Shown piece after piece: positions 17,926-26,477 of a stretch of DNA of 64,000 nucleotides. The notes beneath the pieces are model-generated. The model did not search any database. It saw nothing but the letters and a program-made list of their open reading frames with translations, and was not told the DNA's origin. Source of the stretch: Candidatus Woesearchaeota archaeon (GTDB taxonomy: Archaea; Nanobdellota; Nanobdellia; SCGC-AAA011-G17; UBA489); contig CAYITG010000001.1 of the NCBI GenBank assembly GCA_964366415.1, forward strand, positions 387,203 to 451,202, read 5' to 3'. A program made the translations under genes and the position numbers. Numbering within the stretch: position 1 is the first letter of the stretch; each line of letters starts with the position of its first letter.

Positions 17926-18987
17926 TTGTTGAAGATGCCTTACGAAGACAAGAAATATAAACTCTTTATACAGTCTTTATTTATGGCAAAGAATAAGTAT
18001 TTAGCCATTGTTGGCATTCTTATTGCCCTATCCCTCTTTTTTATTATATTCTGGGAGCAACCTGTTGAAGAGGCAATTTCTCTTCCAGAACAGATTATAT
18101 TGCCTGATAATATTCCTGTTAAACAACCCCCACTTATTTTAATACCTGACTCTCGTAATTATAGAATACAAGTATTTAATGACACTAATAATACTTATCA
18201 ATTTGTTTCTATGTTTGGTAGTTTTGGTAATGAAGAAGGAAAATTAAAACAACCTGTAGACATTGACCAAGAAGATGGCAAAATTTTTGTATTAGATAGA
18301 GAACGAGAAGAGATTATTGTATTTAATGAAACATATGATTTTCTTTATAGTTTTGGAAAACCTTATCTTGACATAGCATTCGGGTTTGATATCTTTAATG
18401 GAAAAATTTATGTTGCTAACTCATATTCTTCTAAGATTGATGTTTTTACTTTAGATGGAAAACCTCTTTATTCTTTTGGTCAACATGGAGATAAAGAGGG
18501 AGAATTTAAAATCCCTTATGATATTATGGTAGATAAGGATTTCTTATATGTTGCTGATGCTGGAAATGCGAGAATACAAAAACTTACTCACAATGGCACA
18601 TTTGTCAAAGCTTGGGGAAGATACTCTCGAGATGATGAAGGATTTAAACAACCGGCCAGTATTGGTAAATTGGATGCTATTTTATTTGTTGCAGATATGG
18701 CAAATTCTAGAATAAAGATGTACGATGAAGATGGCACCCTCATTAAGATTATTGGGAGCTATGGACGCGGTGAAGAGCAATATAAACAACCAAGTAAAAT
18801 TTGGGTAATTGATCAAAGGGTTTATGTTGCAGACACAGCTAACCATCGGATAAAGGTATTAGACTCACAAGGTAATCTTATTACTATTTTTGGCGGATAT
18901 GGGCGTGGAACAGGGCAGTTTCGTACTCCTGGAATCATGATGCCAAGACTTGGAATTTCTAGTCTTTCTCTTTCAAGCAGTGTTTAG
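17926..18987 (+). CDS. NHL-repeat beta-propeller protein with an N-terminal membrane anchor
   Basis: Repeated YVAD-x-N-x-RI-x-K blades (LYVADAGNARIQKL, LFVADMANSRIKMY, VYVADTANHRIKVL) and an N-terminal transmembrane helix. Confidence 0.7.
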   Translation: MLKMPYEDKKYKLFIQSLFMAKNKYLAIVGILIALSLFFIIFWEQPVEEAISLPEQIILPDNIPVKQPPLILIPDSRNYRIQVFNDTNNTYQFVSMFGSFGNEEGKLKQPVDIDQEDGKIFVLDREREEIIVFNETYDFLYSFGKPYLDIAFGFDIFNGKIYVANSYSSKIDVFTLDGKPLYSFGQHGDKEGEFKIPYDIMVDKDFLYVADAGNARIQKLTHNGTFVKAWGRYSRDDEGFKQPASIGKLDAILFVADMANSRIKMYDEDGTLIKIIGSYGRGEEQYKQPSKIWVIDQRVYVADTANHRIKVLDSQGNLITIFGGYGRGTGQFRTPGIMMPRLGISSLSLSSSV

Positions 18988-19164
18988 ATACGATCTTAGT
19001 ACCTCTCAAAAGTGGCTCTAATAGGCTTAAAAACACTGTTTTTGACGGTTTTAAGGGAAAAGTTTATAAAGGAGAACGTGCACGCCATCATCAATTCAAC
19101 GACTAGAGCCTTAACTGAGGCTGTTTTCGTGAATTATAATTATTAAAACAGTGAGGTGGAAGAA

Positions 19165-19332
19165 ATGTCCGATTTATTGGTTGTACGAAGTAAAATTAAA
19201 GAATGCACTGATTGTAATGTTTCTGGTGACTTTGCTGACGCTTTAAGCAAAAGAGTTTCACAAATGGTCAAAGAAGCTGAACGACGTGCCAAAGACAATG
19301 GCAGAAAGACATTGAAACCTCAGGATTTATAA
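19165..19332 (+). CDS. Small histone-fold-like protein (DUF1931-like)
   Basis: 55-aa ORF with a GGTGG Shine-Dalgarno motif upstream; VSGDFADALSKRVSQMVKEAERRAKDNGRKTLKPQDL parallels the archaeal histone loop1-alpha2-loop2 region (VSDDA...A..AGRKTIK.EDI). Below the ORF-track cutoff. Confidence 0.4.
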   Translation: MSDLLVVRSKIKECTDCNVSGDFADALSKRVSQMVKEAERRAKDNGRKTLKPQDL

Positions 19333-19362
19333 TTCTGAGTTTCATTTCTTTTTCTTTTTTTC

Positions 19363-19815
19363 TTACTTTATCCATTTAATTTCTATTGTTTCATAATCTT
19401 CTGGATTATTACTTCTATATTTGTGGACATCAACATGAAGATGTGGTCCTAACTGAGCAATCCATCCTGTTTTACCAGAATATCCAATGATTTGACCCAT
19501 CTTTACTTTATCACCGACTTTTACTATTGAGCCCTTTTGCTTGATGTGTTCGTAAATAGAATATTCATCATTCTTATGTTGTATTTCGATGTAATTTCCA
19601 AACTTATCATACTCTTCAGTTGAGCCACTCTTGTTAGAATCTTGTTTGATATCTATCACTACACCATCACAAGCTGCTTTAATTGGCGTTCCTTCTGGAC
19701 AGATAAAATCAATTGCGTGTTTTAGTTTTCCTACATGCGCCGGTGATTCACTAGCGCTCATGCGCACCATCTTAGACTGTTCAATAGGATATGTATATTC
19801 ATTTGTTGATTTCAT
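19363..19815 (-). CDS. M23-family metallopeptidase (LytM-like)
   Basis: H-x3-D (HAID) and GPHLHVDVH motifs, and a G-rich beta-sandwich pattern (GYSGKTGW). Confidence 0.7.
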   Translation of the reverse strand: MKSTNEYTYPIEQSKMVRMSASESPAHVGKLKHAIDFICPEGTPIKAACDGVVIDIKQDSNKSGSTEEYDKFGNYIEIQHKNDEYSIYEHIKQKGSIVKVGDKVKMGQIIGYSGKTGWIAQLGPHLHVDVHKYRSNNPEDYETIEIKWIK

Positions 19816-19845
19816 TAATGATCTCTTTTTATTATCTAATACTTA

Positions 19846-20400
19846 TTACTTTCGTACACGCAACATCATTGTTTTCTCTATGATTGCAACTTCTTCTTCG
19901 ACAGTCAGTACTCCAGAATTTAAGGCGATACCATAATGCGCAGCATCACGATAATCAAATTTATCTCCGTAGAGCTTTTTACCTATGCTTACTTCATCTT
20001 GCTCTCGTTCTTCTAAAATATGTTCAATCTCTGGAACAGATTTTCCAGGATATTTCTGCATGGTGTGTGCTCGCTGTGCTCTTATTTTCAGATCTGCTGT
20101 CACAAAGACTAACAAGCTCGGTAGATCTTTACAATACATTGAATATCGTGAGTCTCCGATGACATTTCCTCTTTTGAAGACTTCTCGTGCTTCAATGTTT
20201 TTTCGTTGTTGATCTCTTAGAGGCACACTTCTTCAGAACTCTTCGAAGGAAACATTTCCCTTAGGATATTTTTCTTTCCATTCATCTCTCCATATCTGAC
20301 CGATCGCATAAATGGGCCAATGATACATTTCTGAAAGTTTTTTAGCAAGCGTTGTTTTTCCTGAAAGAGGCAATCCAGAAAGAATTATGCTTGTCATCAT
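19846..20400 (-). pseudogene. cmk: Cytidylate kinase (archaeal Cmk) interrupted by an in-frame TGA
   Basis: N-terminal P-loop ORF MMTSIILSGLPLSGKTTLAKK...VSFEEF stops at TGA (20233-20235). The same frame continues into ...RDQQRKNIEAREVFKRGNVIGDSR..., which matches the central and C-terminal parts of archaeal Cmk. Confidence 0.6.
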
Positions 20401-20453
20401 TTTATTTTTTGATAGGAGTTAATCTTTTAAAGGTTCTCTCATTTTATATTACT

Positions 20454-20855
20454 ATGAGCAACAAAGGGAAAGGGAGTCGATTGGAAAGAGAGCTGTTGCA
20501 TCAATTCTGGGAACATAAATGGTTTTGCACACGCATGGCTGGAAGCGGAAGCATGCCGTTGCCATGCCCTGATCTTTTAGCTGGCAAGAAAGGACGAGTT
20601 CTAGCTATTGAATGTAAGGGTGGCAAAGGAGACAAGAGACGATATATTGATATTGGACAAATTGAAGAACTGAAACAATTCGCGCATGGCTTTGGCGCTG
20701 AAGCATGGGTAGGTGCAAGATTTAATGGCATGGAATGGTTTTTCTTGAAGATCACTGATTTAGGACGAAGTGAAAGCGCTTTTTACATTGATAAAGACTT
20801 GGCTCAATCGAAAGGAATTCTCTTTTCTCAATTGATTTCGGAAAAATCTTTGTAA
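20454..20855 (+). CDS. hjc: Holliday junction resolvase Hjc
   Basis: Starts at the internal Met (MSNKGKGSRLERELLHQFWEHKWF...) with Hjc catalytic motifs (ERE, VLAIECKGGKG, IDIGQIEEL); the upstream part of the ORF-track ORF overlaps cmk. Confidence 0.8.
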   Translation: MSNKGKGSRLERELLHQFWEHKWFCTRMAGSGSMPLPCPDLLAGKKGRVLAIECKGGKGDKRRYIDIGQIEELKQFAHGFGAEAWVGARFNGMEWFFLKITDLGRSESAFYIDKDLAQSKGILFSQLISEKSL

Positions 20856-20940
20856 CAAATGGAAAGAATAAACATTTTTACCTCATTTTTCTTTGTTCTT
20901 CTCCGCAACTTCTTTAATACGTCTCATTAATTTTCGTAGG

Positions 20941-22386
20941 ATGAAATATCTTTTTGCGTTGTTAATGCTGATACCTTGCGCAACTGCTCTTCAGGTTTCA
21001 GAGATCATGTATAATCCTGTTGGCAATGACAATAACCTTGAGTATGTTGAACTCTATTCTGAGGAAGAGCTTAATCTCAGCGTGTATACCTTTGAAGATT
21101 CCTCAAGCAGTGATATTTTGACTCTTGTGTCGTATGCAGACAGTTCGTATTATCTTCTTGTTGAAGATGGATTCAATAGCACTGGAATGAATGCTAGTAT
21201 TTACACGACTGGACCAACCTTAGGCAATAACTTGAACAATGATCAAGATATTATCATGTTGCGCGATGATCAAGGCGATGTTGTTACGGTGATGAGTTAT
21301 GAACATTCCTTAGGCGGAGATGGGAATGGCATGGCTTTGTGTTATAATAGCGCTCTTGTGGAATGTGTTCCTACGCCTGGGATGGAGAATATCATCAATA
21401 GTTCCACTTCGAATGAAACTGATCCACAGCAGAATACGACTACTTTTGATTATTCCCATATCATGATCAATGAATTTCTTCCTAATCCTCATGGCTTAGA
21501 CACAGAAGACATGCCTGATGGAGAATGGATTGAATTATATAATGAAGGTGACAGCATTGATGTGCATGGATTGGAATTATGCGATAAAGACTGGAATTGT
21601 ATTCTTGCTGATGGCAATCGCACACAGAGTGGAACTTTTATAGGAAATAGAAACTATCTTGTTGTGTACATGAATGGAAAGAGTTTGTTGAACAATGCTA
21701 ACCATGAAAAAGTTCGACTTGTCTATGAAGGACAGATTCTTGATGAAGTTTCGTATGAAGGATCAGATGATGGATCTTCATGGTCGATGCTGGATGAAGA
21801 GTGGAAACAAACGAAACCAACTCCCGGGAGTCAAAATAAAGAACCTTATTCTCCAGAACAAGAACAGATGATAAATACCTCGCGCATTTTAATCAAGAAA
21901 ATTAGTGTTGGTTCTGATAATATCACGCGTTTTGGAGACATGTTTGATGTGCGTGTGTGGACATACAAAGGAAATACAGAAAAAGAACGCGTTGTTGTGT
22001 ATGTTGAAAATATTAGCGAAAAAGTGCAATTTTCTGTTGTGGAAAAATATCAAGCATATGAACTCGTACTGCCTATTCATCTTGATGACAACTGTAACCG
22101 AGAATATCCTGAAGGACGCTATGGTTTATTTGTAGAAGGATTGGGAATTACTCTCCAAGAACATGTGATTGTTAATTATAGCGCCTCTTGCAGGCGTGCA
22201 GAAGAATTTACGTTGCTTTCTCATCAACAGGCGAAAGAAAGTCTTATAAACCAAAGCATGCAAAATTCACCTTTAACAGGAAATGTTGTTTATCGCTCAA
22301 AAGAAGAGCGCATACGGGAATATAGCCTGTATGGGTTTGCTCTTTTGTCGGTATTACTCCTTGGCTATTTCCTGCTGAGAAGATAA
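20941..22386 (+). CDS. Secreted protein with two lamin-tail domains and a C-terminal transmembrane anchor
   Basis: Signal peptide MKYLFALLMLIPCATA; two lamin-tail-domain motifs (VSEIMYNPVGNDNNLEYVELYS and IMINEFLPNPHG...EWIELYNEGDSIDVHGLEL); C-terminal hydrophobic helix ending in RR. Confidence 0.6.
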   Translation: MKYLFALLMLIPCATALQVSEIMYNPVGNDNNLEYVELYSEEELNLSVYTFEDSSSSDILTLVSYADSSYYLLVEDGFNSTGMNASIYTTGPTLGNNLNNDQDIIMLRDDQGDVVTVMSYEHSLGGDGNGMALCYNSALVECVPTPGMENIINSSTSNETDPQQNTTTFDYSHIMINEFLPNPHGLDTEDMPDGEWIELYNEGDSIDVHGLELCDKDWNCILADGNRTQSGTFIGNRNYLVVYMNGKSLLNNANHEKVRLVYEGQILDEVSYEGSDDGSSWSMLDEEWKQTKPTPGSQNKEPYSPEQEQMINTSRILIKKISVGSDNITRFGDMFDVRVWTYKGNTEKERVVVYVENISEKVQFSVVEKYQAYELVLPIHLDDNCNREYPEGRYGLFVEGLGITLQEHVIVNYSASCRRAEEFTLLSHQQAKESLINQSMQNSPLTGNVVYRSKEERIREYSLYGFALLSVLLLGYFLLRR

Positions 22387-22388
22387 TC

Positions 22389-22811
22389 ATGGTTAAAGCA
22401 CGAAGCATTATTGAAATTGTTGGCGGACCAAAGGAATATGTAGACAAGGCTATGGGCATTGTCCTTGATAAATTGCGTGAGAGCAAGGAGATTAAATTAC
22501 TTAAGGATAAGGTGTTTGAAGCGCAGCCTCTTGATGGAAAGAAACCTTTATTTAGCAGCTTTTGTGAAATTGAACTTGAAGTGAAGAAGATGGATGATTT
22601 GTTTGGTTTTTGTTTTGATTTTATGCCCAGCTCCGTTGAAATTTATGATCCTGCTGAACTTGCCTTGAATATTGATGCAGTGAATGAGATGGTGAATGAA
22701 TTGATTACCAAACTTCATCAGTATGACATGGCTTTCAAGAACATTTATGCACAAAATATTGTTATGAAACGACAACTTGATGAGTTAACCAAAAAACAAG
22801 AGAAGAAATAA
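22389..22811 (+). CDS. Hypothetical protein
   Basis: 140 aa with a coiled-coil C-terminus; no motif. Confidence 0.35.
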   Translation: MVKARSIIEIVGGPKEYVDKAMGIVLDKLRESKEIKLLKDKVFEAQPLDGKKPLFSSFCEIELEVKKMDDLFGFCFDFMPSSVEIYDPAELALNIDAVNEMVNELITKLHQYDMAFKNIYAQNIVMKRQLDELTKKQEKK

Positions 22812-24047
22812 TTATTTTCGTTCTACTTTTCTGATATATTGGTCAAAGGTTTGTTTTTTTCTCATTGGTTTGCGCAATAGAAGATAGAATAATACTGCAA
22901 CAACAATCACAACAATAAAGCTGATAAGGGTTGTCGGACGTCGCTTTACTTTTTGTGGCGGTTGAACGGAGTAATTAAAGAAAGAATCAATATCTGGAGA
23001 CGGTTGTGTTTGATCTGGAGTTTTATTAAGTGAAGGAATTATTGTTGTACTATCTTCCTGGAGCATTTTGAATGACATGGGAAACGATAAAGAAAAATCT
23101 TTGTATGTTGCGATAAGTGCGCCTTCATAGTGCTCTTTCTTTATTGATTTTTGTTGATTAACCCTTATGGTGATGCCATACTCTTGATAGGGAAGCAAGA
23201 CTAATGATTGTGGTTGTATTGTTGTGATTTCAGTGATATCTCCCATTAACGAGATGGTTATTGCATCTAAGGTTTCATTGCGGTTATTCTTGATATTCAA
23301 TGTTCCTTCTAAGGTTTTATCTTTTGCAAGTGTTCTGTTGAGACTTGTCATCATAGTGATGAATGTAAAAGGTTGCAGTGAAGATGTTGGAGTGGATGGT
23401 TGCGTGATGTTCTTGAGATAGATGGGAATGACATACTCTTTTTCGTATGTTATTTTAAGAAGAAGAGGTTGCTCTTGAGGCGTTCCATCTACAGCAAAGA
23501 TAAACTTTCGTGATGTCCCTTGTGTAATATACTGCGGCCCTTCATAGACGTGTTTGATGCCTGGGGGAGCATGAAGAGTGACATTTGTTGATTGACCTTT
23601 GTCTGTTACGGTGAGTTCCAACTTTTCTCCTGGAAGAAAAATACCAGGGAATATAGAGATATAAGGGGTTTCTTTTTTAATGATAAGGGGAATAGTATGT
23701 GATCGTTCTACTAAAGTACTTCCTTGAAGAGTTTGAATATTCTTGAGTGTGAGATCATATGTTCCTTCTTGTATGGTTAACGGAAGCGTGAAAAAAAGAA
23801 GATAGTGATTTGTTGATATTTTTTTCAGGAAAGGAGCGATAGCCACTGTTGTTTGACCTTGTGATAAGGAAACATCTTTTGGTTGTGGCTCCTTGAGGGT
23901 ATTTGCAAGAAAAAGTTCCCATTGCACTGTTTCTGCAGGAGCGTAGATCTCTTTGTACAGCTTCGATGGCGCTGCTTCCTGCGCAGCAATATAGGGCAAT
24001 ACCATTACGCATATGATTCCTAGACACAGAAGGCGCGCAATTTTCAT
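22812..24047 (-). CDS. Secreted, membrane-anchored hypothetical protein
   Basis: N-terminal signal peptide, Thr/Pro/Gln-rich stalk (QTQPSPDIDSF) and a C-terminal transmembrane helix with a basic tail. Confidence 0.4.
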   Translation of the reverse strand: MKIARLLCLGIICVMVLPYIAAQEAAPSKLYKEIYAPAETVQWELFLANTLKEPQPKDVSLSQGQTTVAIAPFLKKISTNHYLLFFTLPLTIQEGTYDLTLKNIQTLQGSTLVERSHTIPLIIKKETPYISIFPGIFLPGEKLELTVTDKGQSTNVTLHAPPGIKHVYEGPQYITQGTSRKFIFAVDGTPQEQPLLLKITYEKEYVIPIYLKNITQPSTPTSSLQPFTFITMMTSLNRTLAKDKTLEGTLNIKNNRNETLDAITISLMGDITEITTIQPQSLVLLPYQEYGITIRVNQQKSIKKEHYEGALIATYKDFSLSFPMSFKMLQEDSTTIIPSLNKTPDQTQPSPDIDSFFNYSVQPPQKVKRRPTTLISFIVVIVVAVLFYLLLRKPMRKKQTFDQYIRKVERK

Positions 24048-25825
24048 TACAACTTTTTCAGCAGTTTTTTTGCTTCCTCGATGGACTTATCCAATTCCTC
24101 TTCCACTCGTGACTTTTTTGCTGGTGGTGAGGCGCGAGGCATTGGCTGAGGATAGCGTGGCTGAGGTTGAGAAGACATGAAAGGGAACTCTGAAGGTTTG
24201 TGTGAAGGCTGTGCTTTATTTCCTGGCTTACGGAACTTGAAATAATATAACATCAATCCAACAAGCATGATCACAATAACGATGGAAATCCACCAAGGAA
24301 ATCCTCCTTTTTCTTCTTCACACATACAATTGGACTGACATGCGCCTGCGCATTGTGTATCATCGCCAAATCCCGTAATGCTGTCAATATCACATTGTTC
24401 TGATCCTTCAACGATGCCGTTACCGCATACTGGCGTTTGTTCACAGTCCTGCGGACATGAGGATGACACTAATTCTTGATTATCACATGCGCCGTCTCCA
24501 CAGCTACAATCTTGAGGGCATGTTGAGGAATCTTCAAAGGCAGTTTCGCAGATGCCATTCACCTGGCAATTTGTTGTTTGCTGTTCACAATCATCTGGGC
24601 AGTTATTGGCATTTTCTGTTTCTCGATCACATATGCCATCTCCACATTCAAACACTGGCTCATTACCGCCTGGGAGAGGTATAAGATGCGGCGGAGGCAA
24701 GTTAATGGCTGCTCCTGAGAATGCAGCGTACAGTGTGGCTGCTGTTTTCAAGACATTATCTTCCCATGAACCATCACTACTTTGCTTTTCTTCTAGCCAT
24801 GATGTTGCTTGAGCTAAAACGCTACTTTCCGTGCTTTTCTTTAATGCCAACACCGCCATTGCTGTTTCAAAGACTTGCTTGTTGAAACTACCATCATTTC
24901 TTTGCAATGCTTTCAAATCACTGATGTATTGCAATTTGATGGCTTCATCTGTAGACAAGGAAAGCAAGGCATTATCGATCGCTTTGAACTTATCATATTT
25001 ATTTTGCACATGTAAGCTGACTGTTACATCAGATCCTATCGTATGCAATATCCAATCTGAAAACAAGGATGTGTCAAAATTACATGATGACTTATGTGTT
25101 GCACCAAAACAACCATTGGTAATGGTAAATATCTCTCTCGGAGCATCTGATTTGCCCATCAGATAATAATTTGATCCTGAATTAAAGATTAATCCTAATG
25201 TTGTGCTTGGGCCAAGTTCATTACAGTTCACGTCAATCTCTAATCCTGGGTTTTGTGTCAAGAGATTTGTTTCCAGGCACGCGTTCAAATCGAATAGTGT
25301 TGGAATTGTTGCCTGAGGACAACTAAATTTTCCTTGATTCACAGGAACGTCTTTTTGCACATTGTTGCCTGCCTTGTCATATGAAACTTTACATGTTCCA
25401 TTATTGGATGTGATGACTTCAAGATACCAGAAATTCCTCAAATCTGGATCAGCAGATATTGCATCTTGCAAGTATGCTTCAATATCTGATGTATCTTCTC
25501 CAAATTCATCTAGAACCAACAACGCAAAAGCAGTTTCCTTGATGTTACATGCGCCTGCAGGGAAGCAGTGTGCACTTGTATCTTCTTTTGACTTGATGTA
25601 TTGTACGCCAAGGTCAGCATGATCTAAGGCTCCAGAATCACGCAGAGCCAATGTTGCAAATGCTGTGGCAACAATATTATCCTGACAATTTCCGTTCGGA
25701 CAATGACCCACGAGCCATTCAAAGCCTTTATTTGCATTAAAATTAGAATTTGATGTTTGAGCACCGACGAGAGCAGCAACAAGTACGCAGAAAATCATTA
25801 CTAGTGATATCTTTAATAGCCTCAT
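24047..25825 (-). CDS. Large surface protein with alpha/alpha-toroid (prenyltransferase/terpene-cyclase-like) repeats, Cys-rich modules, a transmembrane helix and a Pro/Gln-rich tail
   Basis: Start taken at the internal Met with a signal peptide (MRLLKISLVMIFCVLVAALVGA). Repeats such as ATAFATLALRDSG and FETAMAVLALKK; C-terminal tandem CGDGxCD...CPxDC modules; transmembrane segment FPWWISIVIVIMLVGLMLYYF. Confidence 0.45.
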   Translation of the reverse strand: MRLLKISLVMIFCVLVAALVGAQTSNSNFNANKGFEWLVGHCPNGNCQDNIVATAFATLALRDSGALDHADLGVQYIKSKEDTSAHCFPAGACNIKETAFALLVLDEFGEDTSDIEAYLQDAISADPDLRNFWYLEVITSNNGTCKVSYDKAGNNVQKDVPVNQGKFSCPQATIPTLFDLNACLETNLLTQNPGLEIDVNCNELGPSTTLGLIFNSGSNYYLMGKSDAPREIFTITNGCFGATHKSSCNFDTSLFSDWILHTIGSDVTVSLHVQNKYDKFKAIDNALLSLSTDEAIKLQYISDLKALQRNDGSFNKQVFETAMAVLALKKSTESSVLAQATSWLEEKQSSDGSWEDNVLKTAATLYAAFSGAAINLPPPHLIPLPGGNEPVFECGDGICDRETENANNCPDDCEQQTTNCQVNGICETAFEDSSTCPQDCSCGDGACDNQELVSSSCPQDCEQTPVCGNGIVEGSEQCDIDSITGFGDDTQCAGACQSNCMCEEEKGGFPWWISIVIVIMLVGLMLYYFKFRKPGNKAQPSHKPSEFPFMSSQPQPRYPQPMPRASPPAKKSRVEEELDKSIEEAKKLLKKL

Positions 25826-25913
25826 CGTCACCCTCTTTTTGTTATTATACCTCTGGCAAGGCACTTTAAATACCTTTCTGTGAGAAAATGTATTTAAACA
25901 GCGAAAGAACGAT

Positions 25914-26477
25914 GTGTTTATGGAATATTTGAATAAGGGCAAACGTGGCGTTGTATATCTTGCTGAAGAACATGGCAAAAATGTAGTTGTTAAAAAAGAA
26001 CGACCTGGTAGTCAAGCATTGCGTGCATTGCATAATGAAGCTTATTGGATACAAGCGTTGAACAAACATAAGATTGGTCCTCGTTTTTACCGATTTGAAG
26101 ATTCCATGCTCGTCATGGAATACATTGAAGGCGTTCCTTTTGTTGCATGGTATCCTGATCAACCAAAGAAGAATGTTCATCGTGCACTCAAAGATATTTT
26201 TCAGCAATGCAGACAGATGGACCTTTTAAAGGTCAATAAATTTGAGATGCATTATCCTGTCAAACATATCCTCATGAGAAAAGGCAAACCAGTGATGATT
26301 GATTTTGAGCGTTGTAAAAGAACATTAACACCAAAGAATGTGACACAGTTTGCACAATTCTTGCTTACGCTGCAGTTTCCTGTTGATCGAGAAGCATTGA
26401 AAAGATTATTACAAGATTATAAGAAAACTTATCGTGAAGAGACGTTCATGAAGATCGTGCAGTTGTTTGTTTCTTAG
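25914..26477 (+). CDS. Bud32/RIO-like small protein kinase (possibly degenerate)
   Basis: N-lobe pattern (KGKRGVVYLAEE...VVVKKER...LVMEYIEG) and C-lobe VMIDFERC, but the canonical HGDLT catalytic loop is not evident. Confidence 0.4.
   Translation: MFMEYLNKGKRGVVYLAEEHGKNVVVKKERPGSQALRALHNEAYWIQALNKHKIGPRFYRFEDSMLVMEYIEGVPFVAWYPDQPKKNVHRALKDIFQQCRQMDLLKVNKFEMHYPVKHILMRKGKPVMIDFERCKRTLTPKNVTQFAQFLLTLQFPVDREALKRLLQDYKKTYREETFMKIVQLFVS

Noticed and set aside
17926-18987. NHL-repeat protein ending abruptly (…GISSLSLSSSV) as a possible frameshifted gene.
   Set aside because: No downstream continuation in another frame with NHL-like sequence was seen.
20233-20235. TGA reassigned to an amino acid (genetic code 4 or 25) as the explanation for the in-frame TGA in cmk.
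   Set aside because: TGA clearly terminates SecE (4352-4354) and Spt5 (4861-4863, the classic ATGA overlap with L11). No other conserved gene in the window needs TGA readthrough.
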